DNA of 64,000 nucleotides, from positions 67,353 through 131,352 of the forward strand of contig DAITVZ010000001.1 in NCBI GenBank assembly GCA_036841525.1, in the 5' to 3' direction. This stretch comes from Chloroflexota bacterium (GTDB lineage Bacteria > Chloroflexota > Anaerolineae > JAAYEA01). The notes beneath the pieces were generated by a model, which saw only the letters and a program-made list of their open reading frames with translations, was not told where the DNA came from and searched no databases. The position numbers were made by a program, and so were the translations under genes. Below are positions 45,565 to 55,570 of the stretch, piece by piece; the stretch's first letter is position 1; every line of letters starts with the position of its first letter.

Positions 45565-46686
45565 GTGCTCAACTGGATGATCGTTCACCTGGCGAGGGCC
45601 TATCTGGTCATGGTCATCCTGGCCCAGATCGGCGCCTTGCAGATCGTGGCCGCTCGCCGTGGTTGGCTGGGGCTGTCCATCGTCAACTATCGGCGGCGGC
45701 CGGTGGTGGGCTATATCCTGGGCGCGGCCATGATCCTGGGCGCGTACATCTGGTTTTTCGCCAGCCACCCCGAAATCTGGACGCCGGGCCCGGCGGGCGC
45801 GGAGCTGACCACGCTCTTTACGGTGGGCAGCGCGATCAGCTTGCTGGCGACGTTGCTGCTGGCCGAGGGCAGGCGGCTCCTGGTCGGGCTTCTCCGCCGT
45901 CGCCGGGGCCTCCGCTCGGGGGATGCGCAGCTTGCCGCCATCCCCTTTCACTTGAAGCGGGCCAGCCGAGATGCCGAGAGCCTGTCCACCGTGACCTTTG
46001 GCGATTTCTCCGGCGCGCTCCTGGCGCCGGAACGCAGCGAGGAACCGCGCCCGGCGGTGGTGCTGGTTCCGGGCCTCTATGCCACCGGCGAGGCCGTGCA
46101 GTGGGTGGTGGAGGGGCTGCAAGACCTGGGCTTTTGGGTGCTGGTCGCCCACCTGCGCCGGCGCGACCTGACCTATCCTGAGGTCTTGGCCGTGCTGCCC
46201 ACCGCCGTCTCGTTCCTGGCTGGCCGGCCGCAGGTGGATCCGCAGCGCATCGGCGCCGTGGGGTTCGGCATCGGCGCCAATATCGTCCTGCGCTCCGCCA
46301 GCACCGACCCCCGGGTGAAGGCGCTGGCGGCCATCGGCCCGCTGGTTAGCCAGGAGAGCGTGGCGCCCGGGCTGAACCTGCTGCACGAGATGACCTACCT
46401 GCAGGTGCTGCGGTGGGCCACCTTTCGGGCGCGCGGCGAGCTGGTGGCTCAGCTTGCCGCTCTCGAGTATGCTCGCAAGCTCAAAAACACGCCCGCGCTC
46501 CTGATTTGGGGCGAGCGAGACCGACTGGTGAGCCAGGCGGACCTATCGGCCGTGCAGGCCGCGGCCGAGCGCGGCATCGAGGTGCGCCGGATCGAGGGCG
46601 AGACCCATTTCGGCCTATACCGCGGGCGCGCCGCGGTCGCGCTGACCACCAAATGGTTCAGGGAGAGGTTGCTCAATGGCGGCTGA
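45565..46686 (+). CDS. Membrane-anchored alpha/beta hydrolase (dienelactone-hydrolase-like)
   Basis: GTG start after GGAGG. Two N-terminal TM helices are followed by an alpha/beta-hydrolase fold (VGFGIGAN nucleophile-elbow-like). Confidence 0.55.
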   Translation: MLNWMIVHLARAYLVMVILAQIGALQIVAARRGWLGLSIVNYRRRPVVGYILGAAMILGAYIWFFASHPEIWTPGPAGAELTTLFTVGSAISLLATLLLAEGRRLLVGLLRRRRGLRSGDAQLAAIPFHLKRASRDAESLSTVTFGDFSGALLAPERSEEPRPAVVLVPGLYATGEAVQWVVEGLQDLGFWVLVAHLRRRDLTYPEVLAVLPTAVSFLAGRPQVDPQRIGAVGFGIGANIVLRSASTDPRVKALAAIGPLVSQESVAPGLNLLHEMTYLQVLRWATFRARGELVAQLAALEYARKLKNTPALLIWGERDRLVSQADLSAVQAAAERGIEVRRIEGETHFGLYRGRAAVALTTKWFRERLLNGG

Positions 46687-47254
46687 TCTGGAGCTCTTTC
46701 GCGCCATCAATGGCCTTGCCGGGCAGTGGCCGCTGTTGGATGCCCTGATGCGGTTGGTAGTCAACGATTATTTCGTCCCCACCACCATGTCGCTGGTCCT
46801 GCTGGCGTTGTGGTTCATCGGCGGCACGCCGGAGGATCGCGAAGCCAAGCAGCGCGCTGTGATCTATGCGGTTTTCACCCTGCTTTTGGCCAACCTCGTG
46901 GTCAAGCTGTGCAATCTCGTCTACTATCGCCCCCGCCCTTTCGAGTCCCATGAGGTGAACCTGCTCTTTTATCGCCCCTGGGACTCGTCCTTCCCCAGCA
47001 ACCCGGCGGCGGTCGGCTTTTCCTTCGCCAGCGCCATCTGGCTGCGCCAGCGCCGATGTGGTTGGGCGCTGGGCCTCTTGGCGGCGCTCTTTGGCTTTTC
47101 GCGCATCTATTGCGGCGTCCAGTATCCCGTCGATGTGCTGGCCGGCGCCTTGATCGGCATGGCGGCGGGCTGGGCCACCCATGCGGGCCGCCGCTGGCTG
47201 GACCACCTGGGGAACGCGGCCATCGCCTTGGGCCGCCGGCATTACCTGGCCTGA
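46676..47254 (+). CDS. PAP2 superfamily phosphatase (undecaprenyl-diphosphatase-like membrane protein)
   Basis: Motifs YRPRPF, SFPSN and SRIYCGVQYPVDVLAGA (PAP2 motifs I-III). Confidence 0.65.
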   Translation: MAADLELFRAINGLAGQWPLLDALMRLVVNDYFVPTTMSLVLLALWFIGGTPEDREAKQRAVIYAVFTLLLANLVVKLCNLVYYRPRPFESHEVNLLFYRPWDSSFPSNPAAVGFSFASAIWLRQRRCGWALGLLAALFGFSRIYCGVQYPVDVLAGALIGMAAGWATHAGRRWLDHLGNAAIALGRRHYLA

Positions 47255-47332
47255 GCCGCGCCGTCCGCGGCGTTTGTGCGCCACGGGTGACGGGGGTAAA
47301 ATGGGGGCAGGTCATTCCCACCAGAGGCCGCG

Positions 47333-48850
47333 ATGGATGTGGTAGAGCAGGTCGCCAGGACCATAGAGCGCTACGATCTGGTCTCCCCCGGCAGCGCCGT
47401 GGTGATTGGGTTCTCCGGGGGGCCGGATTCGCTCTGCCTGTTGCATGCCCTGTGCCAGCTCCGCGAACGTTACGGCCTCGCCCTGCAAGCGGCCCACCTG
47501 CACCATGGCATTCGCGGCGCCGAGGCCGACGCCGACGCCGAGTTTGCCCAGCGCATGGCCGCCGAGTTGGGCGTGCCCATCGCCATCGGCCGCCGGGACG
47601 TGCCCAAGCTGGCGGCGCGCTGGAAGCTCTCCCTCGAGGAGGCGGCGCGCCGCGCGCGGTATGGCTATTTGGTCGGCGTGGCGCTGCGGGCCGGGGCCGG
47701 GCACATCGCCGTGGGCCACAACGCCGACGACCAGGCCGAGACGGTGCTGATGCATTGGTTGCGAGGGGCGGGGCTGGCTGGGCTGCGCGGCATGCTGCCG
47801 CTGACGTGGCTGCGGGACCTGCGGCTGGAGCCGGAGGACGAGGGCGCGCAGGGCGCGGGCGCGCTAGGCGCGGGCCAGCGCCCGCTTGCGCTCATCCGCC
47901 CGTTGCTGGAGGTGCCCCGCGCCGAGATCGAGGCCTATTGCCAGCGGCAGGGTCTGGCGCCGCGGTTCGACCGCTCCAATCTGGACACGACCTATTTCCG
48001 CAACCGCCTGCGCCACGAGCTGTTGCCTGCTCTGGAGGGCTACAACCCCAATATCCGCGCGGTGCTCCGCCGGTCGGCGCGGGTGATCGCCGACGATTAC
48101 GCCTTGTTGCGCCAGCTCGGCAGCGAGGCGTGGCGACAGGTGGTGCTGGCCGAATCGGCCCAGGCCATCGCGTTCGACCTAGCGGCGTGGCGGGCCTTGC
48201 CCATCGGCCTGCAGCGCGCCACCGTGCGGGAGGCCATCCATCGCCTGCGCCGCTCGCTGCGCAATATCAACTGGGTGCATGTGGAGAACGCCATCGAGCT
48301 GGCGCGGAATAAAGGCACGGGCTCTGAGGCCACTTTGCCCCAGGGGCTGGCGCTGCGCCTCGGCTATGATCGGCTGTGGGTGGCCGAGGAGGGATACGCG
48401 GAGCCGTCGGAGGATGCGCCCGCCCTTGGGGTGGAGCGCCTGCCGGTGCGGCTGCCGGGCGTCACGCCACTGCCGGGCACCCGCTGGGCGCTGGCGGTCG
48501 AGGTCGTGGCGCGCGCGGAGTTGCCCGCGGGGTGGGAGCGCAACGCCGACCCCTGGCGGGCCTATCTCGACGCCGACGTCGCCGGGGCCGAGCTGGCGCT
48601 GCGGACCCGGCAGCCAGGGGACCGTTTTCAGCCGCTGGGGCTGGGCGGCCACGAAAAGCCCTTGCGCGAGTGGTTGATCAACGCCAAGGTGCCGGCGGCG
48701 GATCGCGATCGGCTGCCCATCCTGGCCGCTCCCGCGCACATCCTGTGGGTCGGCGGCGGGCAGATCGACGAGCGCGCCAAGATCGGCCCGGCCACGCGGC
48801 GTGTCTTGTGCGTCCAATTTCGACGGATCGAGGAGACGGGGGCATCGTGA
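47333..48850 (+). CDS. tilS: tRNA(Ile)-lysidine synthetase
   Basis: PP-loop motif VVIGFSGGPDSLCLLHAL, together with HNADDQAETVLM. Confidence 0.8.
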   Translation: MDVVEQVARTIERYDLVSPGSAVVIGFSGGPDSLCLLHALCQLRERYGLALQAAHLHHGIRGAEADADAEFAQRMAAELGVPIAIGRRDVPKLAARWKLSLEEAARRARYGYLVGVALRAGAGHIAVGHNADDQAETVLMHWLRGAGLAGLRGMLPLTWLRDLRLEPEDEGAQGAGALGAGQRPLALIRPLLEVPRAEIEAYCQRQGLAPRFDRSNLDTTYFRNRLRHELLPALEGYNPNIRAVLRRSARVIADDYALLRQLGSEAWRQVVLAESAQAIAFDLAAWRALPIGLQRATVREAIHRLRRSLRNINWVHVENAIELARNKGTGSEATLPQGLALRLGYDRLWVAEEGYAEPSEDAPALGVERLPVRLPGVTPLPGTRWALAVEVVARAELPAGWERNADPWRAYLDADVAGAELALRTRQPGDRFQPLGLGGHEKPLREWLINAKVPAADRDRLPILAAPAHILWVGGGQIDERAKIGPATRRVLCVQFRRIEETGAS

Positions 48851-50037
48851 AGCCGACGGGAACGATCTGGCTCAAGCGGGGCAAGGAAAAGCCGGTGCAT
48901 AACCGGCATCCCTGGGTGTTTTCCGGCGCGATCAGCCGCGTGGACGGCAAGCCCGCCGATGGCGACATCGTGGACGTGGTGGACGAGCGCGGGGGCTTTT
49001 TGGCGCGGGGGTACTTTAACCGGCGCTCCCAGATCACCGTGCGGCTGATGACCTGGGATGCCGCGGAGGAAGTGGACGCGGCCTTGCTGGCGGTCCGCCT
49101 GCGCGCCTGCGCCCTGCGTCGGAAGACGCTCAATCTCCCCTCCGACGCCTATCGCCTGGCGCATGGCGAGTCGGATCTGCTGCCCGGCCTTATCGTGGAT
49201 CGCTACGCCGACTATTTCGTGGTGCAATGCCTTACCGCGGGCATGGAGCGGTGGAAGGGCGACATCGCCAGCATCCTCTCCCAGTTCGCCCCTTGCCGCG
49301 GCGTCTATGAGCGCAGCGACGTGGACGCGCGGGAAAAGGACGGCCTGCCCCCGGCGGCGGGCCCCCTGTGGGGCGACCCTCCGCCGGACGCGGTCGAGAT
49401 CACCGAGGCGGGCTATCGCTTCGCCGTGGACCTCAAGTCGGGCCAAAAGACGGGCTTTTACCTGGACCAGCGGGACAACCGCCGCCACGTGGCGGGATAT
49501 TGCCAGGGGCGCGAGGTGCTGAACTGCTTTGCCTATACGGGAGCCTTTGGCGTCTATGCCGCCGGCGCCGGGGCGCAGAGCGTGACCAACGTGGATACCT
49601 CCGCGGACGCCCTGGCGGCCGCGCGACACAACCTGGAGCTGAACGGGCTGGCGGGTCGCCCTGCGGAGCAGGTGGTGGCCGATGTCTTTGCCCAGCTTCG
49701 CCAGTACCGGGAGCAGGGCCGCCGCTTCGACCTGATCGTCCTGGACCCGCCCAAGTTCGCCTATAACCAGGCCCAGGTGCAACACGCCTGCCGCGGGTAC
49801 AAGGATATCAACTGGCTGGCCATGCAGCTTTTGCGCCCCAATGGCATCCTGGCCACCTTTTCCTGCTCGGGGCTGGTGAGCCCGGACCTGTTCCAAAAGG
49901 TGGTGTTCGGGGCGAGCATCGACGCCGGCCGGGACGCGCAGATCCTCACCAAGCTCACCCAGGCGGCGGACCATCCGATTTTGCTCTCCTTCCCGGAGGG
50001 CGAGTACCTCAAGGGGTTGATCTGCCAGGTGTTCTGA
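48847..50037 (+). CDS. rlmI: Class I SAM-dependent rRNA (cytosine-C5) methyltransferase (RlmI-like), with PUA-like N-terminus
   Basis: ORF 48376-50037; the N-terminal part is junk. The GTG at 48847 forms a GTGA overlap with the tilS stop (VKPTGTIWLKRGKE...). SAM motifs VLNCFAYTGAFG and DLIVLDPP are present. Confidence 0.7.
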   Translation: MKPTGTIWLKRGKEKPVHNRHPWVFSGAISRVDGKPADGDIVDVVDERGGFLARGYFNRRSQITVRLMTWDAAEEVDAALLAVRLRACALRRKTLNLPSDAYRLAHGESDLLPGLIVDRYADYFVVQCLTAGMERWKGDIASILSQFAPCRGVYERSDVDAREKDGLPPAAGPLWGDPPPDAVEITEAGYRFAVDLKSGQKTGFYLDQRDNRRHVAGYCQGREVLNCFAYTGAFGVYAAGAGAQSVTNVDTSADALAAARHNLELNGLAGRPAEQVVADVFAQLRQYREQGRRFDLIVLDPPKFAYNQAQVQHACRGYKDINWLAMQLLRPNGILATFSCSGLVSPDLFQKVVFGASIDAGRDAQILTKLTQAADHPILLSFPEGEYLKGLICQVF

Positions 50038-50095
50038 GTGGCCAGAGTTGTCGGTAGCTCTAGAATCGCTCTATCTCGCGGAGAGGTGGAAGACC

Positions 50096-50641
50096 ATGGA
50101 CGCGATCGCCAAGGTGTTGGTTTCCGAACAAGAGATTGCCCAGCGGGTGCGCGAGCTGGGACAGCAGATCTCGCGCGACTATGAAGGGCAGGACTTGCTT
50201 TTGACCTGCATCCTCAAGGGCGGGGTTGCTTTTCTGGTGGACCTCATGCGCGAGGTGACCATCCCCCACGAGATCGATTTCATCGCCATCTCGAGCTATG
50301 GGCAGAGCACCGAGTCCAGTGGCGTGGTGCGCATCCTCAAGGACTTGGACCGGCCCATCGAGGGACGGCACGTGCTGATCGTGGAGGACATCGTGGACAC
50401 CGGGCGCACGCTGAGCTATATCATCTCGAACCTGCGCACGCGCAACCCCGCCAGCGTCCGCATCTGCACCCTGCTCAGCAAGCCCGCCCGCCGCGAGATC
50501 GATATCCCGGTGGACTATATCGGCTTCGAGGTGCCCAACGAGTTCGTGGTGGGCTATGGCCTGGACTATGCCGAGCGCTACCGCAACCTGCGCTTCGTCG
50601 GCGTGCTGCACGAGAGCGTCTACAAGACCAAGCGGGGCTAA
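50096..50641 (+). CDS. hpt: Hypoxanthine phosphoribosyltransferase
   Basis: ORF 50048-50641; the ATG at 50096 has a GGAGAGG RBS. PRPP-binding motif VLIVEDIVDTGRTL. Confidence 0.8.
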   Translation: MDAIAKVLVSEQEIAQRVRELGQQISRDYEGQDLLLTCILKGGVAFLVDLMREVTIPHEIDFIAISSYGQSTESSGVVRILKDLDRPIEGRHVLIVEDIVDTGRTLSYIISNLRTRNPASVRICTLLSKPARREIDIPVDYIGFEVPNEFVVGYGLDYAERYRNLRFVGVLHESVYKTKRG

Positions 50642-50668
50642 GCGCGCTCATCACCGGCTGGAAACAAC

Positions 50669-50702
50669 AAGCGCCCCGTCGCACGCGACGGGGCGCTTTG
50701 TG
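50669..50702. terminator. Bidirectional terminator hairpin between convergent hpt and the aminotransferase gene
   Basis: AAGCGCCCCGTCGcacgCGACGGGGCGCTT followed by TGTG. Confidence 0.5.
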
Positions 50703-50721
50703 ATCTGCGGGAGGCGTTGGC

Positions 50722-51891
50722 CTAGCGTTTGGCCAGCGCGCCGGCGATGCGATCCAGCGCCTTTTCCAGGTTATCGACCGAGTTGGCGTAAGAGAGGCGG
50801 ATATACCCCTCGCCATAGGCGCCGAAGGAGGTGCCCGCCAGGGTGGCGACGCCCGCCTCGTTGAGCAGGAACTGCTCCATCTGCTTGCTTTTCATGCCCG
50901 TGGCCGAGATGTTGGGAAAGACGTAGAAGGCGCCCTCCGGCTTGTGGCAGCGGATGCCGGGGATCTGGTTCAGCCCGGCGACGATGACGTCGCGGCGCTG
51001 CTTGAAGGCGGCGACCATCTTGGCGGCCTCGTCCTGCGGCCCCTTGAGCGCCTCGATGCCGGCGAACTGGGTGGCTGCCGCCGTGCACGAGTTCGAGTTG
51101 GTCATCAGCCGCGTGATGTGCCCGGCCAGCTCGGCGGGCATCACGCCGTAGCCCAGCCGCCAGCCGGTCATGGCGTAGGTCTTGGAGAAACCGTTGAGGA
51201 TGATGGTCCGCTCCGAGGTGGACATGCCCGGCAGGGAGGCGATGCTGGCGAACTCGCCCTCGTAAAGCATCCGGTCATAGATCTCGTCGGACATCACGGG
51301 GATATCGTACTTGGTGGCGACCTCGGCGATCCCCGCCAGGTCCTCGCGGGTCAGCACGCCGCCGGTGGGGTTCTGCGGCGAGTTGATGATGATGAGCCGC
51401 GTCCGGTCGCTGACCTTTTCCCGCAGCTCGTCCAGGTCGAAGCGAAAGCCGCGCTCCTCGAGCAGCCGCACGGGGACGGGCTTGGCGCCCACAAAGTTGA
51501 TCATGGATTCATAGATCGGAAATCCCGGGTTGGGATAGATCACTTCCGTGCCCGGCTCGGCCAGCGCCAGGATGAGGTAAAACATGATCGGCTTGCCGCC
51601 GGGGGTGACCACCACCTGGTTGGGCTCCACCTGGATGCCGCGGGTGCGGGACATCTCGGCGGCGATGGCCTCGCGCAAGGGCGGGATGCCCGCCGAGGGG
51701 GTGTAGTGGGTCTGGCCGGAACGCAGCGCCTGGCAGGCCGCGTCGACGATATTCGCCGGCGTATCGAAATCCGGCTCGCCGATCTCCAGGTGGACGATGT
51801 CGCGCCCTTGGGCCTCCAAAGCTCGCGCCGCGAGCAGGACCTCAAAAGCGGTCTCGGTGCCTAACCGGCTCATCCGTTGCGCAAGTTTCAT
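50722..51891 (-). CDS. Pyridoxal-phosphate-dependent aminotransferase, class I (aspartate aminotransferase-like)
   Basis: ORF 50722-51945; the ATG at 51891 has a GAGGAGG RBS. The PLP lysine motif SFSKTYAMTGWRLGY is present. Confidence 0.8.
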   Translation of the reverse strand: MKLAQRMSRLGTETAFEVLLAARALEAQGRDIVHLEIGEPDFDTPANIVDAACQALRSGQTHYTPSAGIPPLREAIAAEMSRTRGIQVEPNQVVVTPGGKPIMFYLILALAEPGTEVIYPNPGFPIYESMINFVGAKPVPVRLLEERGFRFDLDELREKVSDRTRLIIINSPQNPTGGVLTREDLAGIAEVATKYDIPVMSDEIYDRMLYEGEFASIASLPGMSTSERTIILNGFSKTYAMTGWRLGYGVMPAELAGHITRLMTNSNSCTAAATQFAGIEALKGPQDEAAKMVAAFKQRRDVIVAGLNQIPGIRCHKPEGAFYVFPNISATGMKSKQMEQFLLNEAGVATLAGTSFGAYGEGYIRLSYANSVDNLEKALDRIAGALAKR

Positions 51892-51953
51892 GCCATAGCC
51901 TCCTCGTTCGCGTGGTGATTGGCTATTGTAGCACCGAGTCGCCAAAAGGGCAA

Positions 51954-53096
51954 TCAGACGTACCGGTAGGCCATGAGCAGTTGCCCGGCGGCCCGCTCCC
52001 AGGTGAAGCGGCGCGCCTGCTCATAGCCCCGGCTGATCAAGGTGCGGCGCAGGGGCGTGTCCTGCAGGGCCTGGCCGAGGGCCTGGGCCAGCGCCTCGGT
52101 GTCCTCCGGCGAGACCATCAGCCCGGCCTCGCCCACCACCTCGGGCAGCGAGGAGGCGTTGGAGGCCACCACCGGCGTGCCACAGGCCATGGCTTCCAGG
52201 ATGGGGATGCCAAAGCCCTCATAGAACGAGGGGAAGGCAAAGACGTCGGCCAGGGTATACAGGGCGGGGAGGTCCTCGTCGGCCACAAAGCCCAGGAAGC
52301 GCACCTGCTGCTCCAGCCCCAGCTCGGCGACGCGGTCAAAAATGCCTTGGTAGAGCCAGCCTTTGCGCCCGCCGATGACCAGCTCGTGCGGGATGGCCTG
52401 CCGCGCGCGCAATATGCCATAGGCGGAGATCAGCCCGGCCAGGTTCTTGCGCGGCTCCAGCGTGCCCAGGCCCAGGATGAAGGGATGGCTCAGCCCGTAG
52501 CGCTGGCGGACCTGCTCCAGCCGCGCCTCGTCCGTCACGCGCTGGAAGCGGCTCTCCGTCCCGCCCAGGATCACCATCACCCGCTCCGAGGGGATGCCCA
52601 GCAGGGCGACAATGTCCTTCTTGGTGTGCTGCGAATCGGCCAGCACCAGGTCGGCCCGCCGCACCGAGCGCGGCACCACCTGTTGCAGATAGCGTTGCAG
52701 GCTCGGCTCGGCGTATTGCGGCGTGCGCAAAAAAGAGAGGTCGTGGACCTGCAGCAGCGTTCGGGCGCGGCGGACCGGGGGCAAGGTGAAATCGGTGGAA
52801 TGGTAGAGATCCAGCGGCCCGGTCAGGGCCTCCACGTACAGCGGCAGCCGCAGCCGGTGCCAGATCCGGTTCAGCCAGCGCTCCGAGATGGGCAGTGGGC
52901 GCAGGGTGAAATTGGGGTGCGCGGCAAAGCGCTCTTGCGCCCGGCGCAGCGCCTCGGCGCTGGGCCGGCCGGCCACCAGCAGCACGTACTGGTTCTCGCG
53001 ATCCTGCGCCGCCAGCGCGCCCACCAACTCGCGGCAATAGCGCCCGATCCCCGCGCTCTGCTGCACGGCGGCGGTGTAATCTAGTCCGATGCGCAT
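51954..53096 (-). CDS. Glycosyltransferase family 4
   Basis: EX7E-type C-terminal domain ([25 protein letters not shown]). Confidence 0.75.
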   Translation of the reverse strand: MRIGLDYTAAVQQSAGIGRYCRELVGALAAQDRENQYVLLVAGRPSAEALRRAQERFAAHPNFTLRPLPISERWLNRIWHRLRLPLYVEALTGPLDLYHSTDFTLPPVRRARTLLQVHDLSFLRTPQYAEPSLQRYLQQVVPRSVRRADLVLADSQHTKKDIVALLGIPSERVMVILGGTESRFQRVTDEARLEQVRQRYGLSHPFILGLGTLEPRKNLAGLISAYGILRARQAIPHELVIGGRKGWLYQGIFDRVAELGLEQQVRFLGFVADEDLPALYTLADVFAFPSFYEGFGIPILEAMACGTPVVASNASSLPEVVGEAGLMVSPEDTEALAQALGQALQDTPLRRTLISRGYEQARRFTWERAAGQLLMAYRYV

Positions 53097-54598
53097 GCTG
53101 GCCCTCCTGGCGCAGCGGATAGCGCCGTGCTTTGCGGGCCCAGGCGGGTCAGGGCGTGCAGCGCGCCGAGGACGAAGGCGAGTTGCAGGTACATCCCCTG
53201 CACAAAGAGGTTGTCAAAGGCGTTGTGAACGGTCAAGTGGGCCAGCATCCCCAGGGCGGCCAGGGCGAGCCCCCGCGCATAGCCGCGGCAGCGGCGCAGC
53301 GCCCGGATGGCCTGGGCCAAGGCGGCGAGCCAAAAGATCGCAAAGGCTGCCAGCCCCACCAGCCCCGTCTCGGCCAGGATGTTGAGGTAATAGTTGTGGG
53401 CGTGGCCCAGCGGGTCCTGCCAGCGGGGCAGGGCATACGCCGGATAGGCCACCGCATAGTTGCCGATCCCCACGCCGCGCCAGGGGTGCGCGGCGAACAT
53501 CTCCCAGGCGGCTTGCCAGTGGGCCATGCGCTCCACCAGGGCCCAGTTGGCGTCGTCCACCTCCACCGCCCGGATGTCCAACCCGGCGGCGTAGGGGAGC
53601 GTGTCCGTCACCCGCTGCACGAGCGCCGGCGGCAACAGCGCCAGCCCGCCCATCGCCGCGAAAATCACCAGCGCCGCGGCCACGGCGGCGGCTGCGGCCA
53701 GCGTCCGCCGGCTGAGCGCCACGGCCATCGCGGCCACCGCCACGGCGAAGCCCAGCCAGCCGCCGCGCGACCAACTGGCGGCCAGGGCCAAGGCCATCAG
53801 CGCCAGGCTCCCCAGCGCCACCCAGGAGACCAGCCGGCGCAACCCGTGGCGCTGGCGCCAGCCCTCCCACAGGCCGCGCCCCTCCACCGCCAGCAGGCCG
53901 CAGGCCAGGGGGAGCTGCAGGCCCAGATAGCCGGCATAGGGGTTGGGCTGCTGGAAGGTGCCATAGGCGCGCATGAACCGGCCCATCAGCAGGAAACCCT
54001 CCGGCCCGACGCGAAACACGAACTGGTACAAGCCCAAGAGCGCCTCCGCCGACCCGGCCAGCAGCAGGCAGAGGACCAGCCCCAACGCCGCCTTGGGCCT
54101 GATCCCGTTGGCGATGAGGACATAGAGCGCCAGCACCTCGACCCACTTGGCCAACTCGATCAGGCTTTGGGTCAGCGAGGCGGCGATGGTGAGGGAGAAG
54201 GCCATCGCGCCCAAGAGGATCAGCAGGGGAATGGTCAAGGGCGGCCAATGCAGGCGGATCTCGCGGCGGGCGATCTGGCGCGCCAGCCAGCAAGCGATGA
54301 TAGCGGCGGTCAGCGCCTCCACGGCGCCGATGGTCAAGCCGCCCAGGCTGACGCCGCGCAGCACGCCAAAGGGGATGGCGAACACGAGCGCATAGAGCCC
54401 CCACAGCGGATGGACCAGCAGGGTCAACAGGCCGATGCCGCCCGCCACCGCCGCGACAGCGAGCTGGAGCGGCAGCCAGGCGATGGCCGCGCCCAATAGG
54501 AGCAAACCGAGCGCCCCGGCCAGCGCCGTCAGCCGCTCGCCGGATAGGCTCCGCGCCGCTTGCTCAGGCCAGGTTGTGGCTCGGGTTCCCGTGTTCAT
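53081..54598 (-). CDS. O-antigen ligase/polymerase-like (Wzy_C) polytopic membrane protein
   Basis: Multiple TM helices. A Wzy_C-like loop (LGHAHNYYLNILAETGLVG) is present. It overlaps the GT4 gene by 16 nt. Confidence 0.55.
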   Translation of the reverse strand: MNTGTRATTWPEQAARSLSGERLTALAGALGLLLLGAAIAWLPLQLAVAAVAGGIGLLTLLVHPLWGLYALVFAIPFGVLRGVSLGGLTIGAVEALTAAIIACWLARQIARREIRLHWPPLTIPLLILLGAMAFSLTIAASLTQSLIELAKWVEVLALYVLIANGIRPKAALGLVLCLLLAGSAEALLGLYQFVFRVGPEGFLLMGRFMRAYGTFQQPNPYAGYLGLQLPLACGLLAVEGRGLWEGWRQRHGLRRLVSWVALGSLALMALALAASWSRGGWLGFAVAVAAMAVALSRRTLAAAAAVAAALVIFAAMGGLALLPPALVQRVTDTLPYAAGLDIRAVEVDDANWALVERMAHWQAAWEMFAAHPWRGVGIGNYAVAYPAYALPRWQDPLGHAHNYYLNILAETGLVGLAAFAIFWLAALAQAIRALRRCRGYARGLALAALGMLAHLTVHNAFDNLFVQGMYLQLAFVLGALHALTRLGPQSTALSAAPGGPACASD

Positions 54599-54628
54599 CC
54601 CGTCTGTGCTCGATGTCGTGGCGCGCCC

Positions 54629-55570
54629 CTATTTGGCCTCGTTCATGCGCTGCTGGAAATAGGCGATGGTCTGCCGCAGGCCCTCTTCCAGCCCCACCTT
54701 GGGCTCCCAATTCAGCACCCGCCGGGCCTTGGTGATGTCCGGCTGGCGCAGCTTGGGGTCGTTGGGGGGCAGCGGCTCGTGGATGATCCCGGCCTGGTTG
54801 CCGGTCATCTCGTTGATTCGCTGGGCGAACTCCAATATGGTGATCTCGGTGGGGTTGCCGATGTTCACCGGCAGCCGCTCGTCGGACATGAGCAGGCGAT
54901 AGATGCCCTCGACCAGGTCGGAATAGTAGCAAAAGCTGCGCGTCTGCGACCCCTCGCCATAGACGGTGAGCGGCTCGCCGCGAAGGGCCTGTCCCACAAA
55001 GTTGGGCACCACGCGCCCATCTTCCAGCCGCATGCGCGGGCCGTAGGTGTTAAAGATGCGCACGATGCGCGTCTCCAGGCCATGCTGCCGGTGATAGGCC
55101 ATGGTCATGGCCTCGGCGAAGCGCTTGGCCTCGTCGTAGCAGCTGCGCCCGCCGATGGGGTTGACGTTGCCCCAATAGTCTTCCCGCTGCGGGTGGACCA
55201 GAGGGTCGCCATAGACCTCGGAGGTGGAGGCCAGCAAAAAGCGCGCGCCCTTTTCCCGGCAGAGCCCCAGCGCCTTGTGGGTGCCCAGCGCGCCAACTTT
55301 GAGGATCTTGATGGGGAACTTGTCGAAATCGATGGGGCTGGCGGGGGAGGCAAAGTGCAACACGGCGTCGATGGGCCCGGAGACATAGATGTACTCGGTC
55401 ACATCTTGCTTGATAAAGTGGAAATTGTCGTTGCCCGCCAGGTGCTCGATGTTGCGGGTGCTGCCGGTGATCAGGTTGTCCATGGCGATGACCTGATGCC
55501 CCTTGTTCAGGAAATAGTCGCACAGGTGCGACCCCAGAAAGCCCGCCCCGCCGGTAATCAAGACCCTCAT
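54629..55570 (-). CDS. UDP-glucuronate decarboxylase (UDP-xylose synthase)
   Basis: [27 protein letters not shown] and a near full-length match to the UXS family. Confidence 0.85.
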   Translation of the reverse strand: MRVLITGGAGFLGSHLCDYFLNKGHQVIAMDNLITGSTRNIEHLAGNDNFHFIKQDVTEYIYVSGPIDAVLHFASPASPIDFDKFPIKILKVGALGTHKALGLCREKGARFLLASTSEVYGDPLVHPQREDYWGNVNPIGGRSCYDEAKRFAEAMTMAYHRQHGLETRIVRIFNTYGPRMRLEDGRVVPNFVGQALRGEPLTVYGEGSQTRSFCYYSDLVEGIYRLLMSDERLPVNIGNPTEITILEFAQRINEMTGNQAGIIHEPLPPNDPKLRQPDITKARRVLNWEPKVGLEEGLRQTIAYFQQRMNEAK

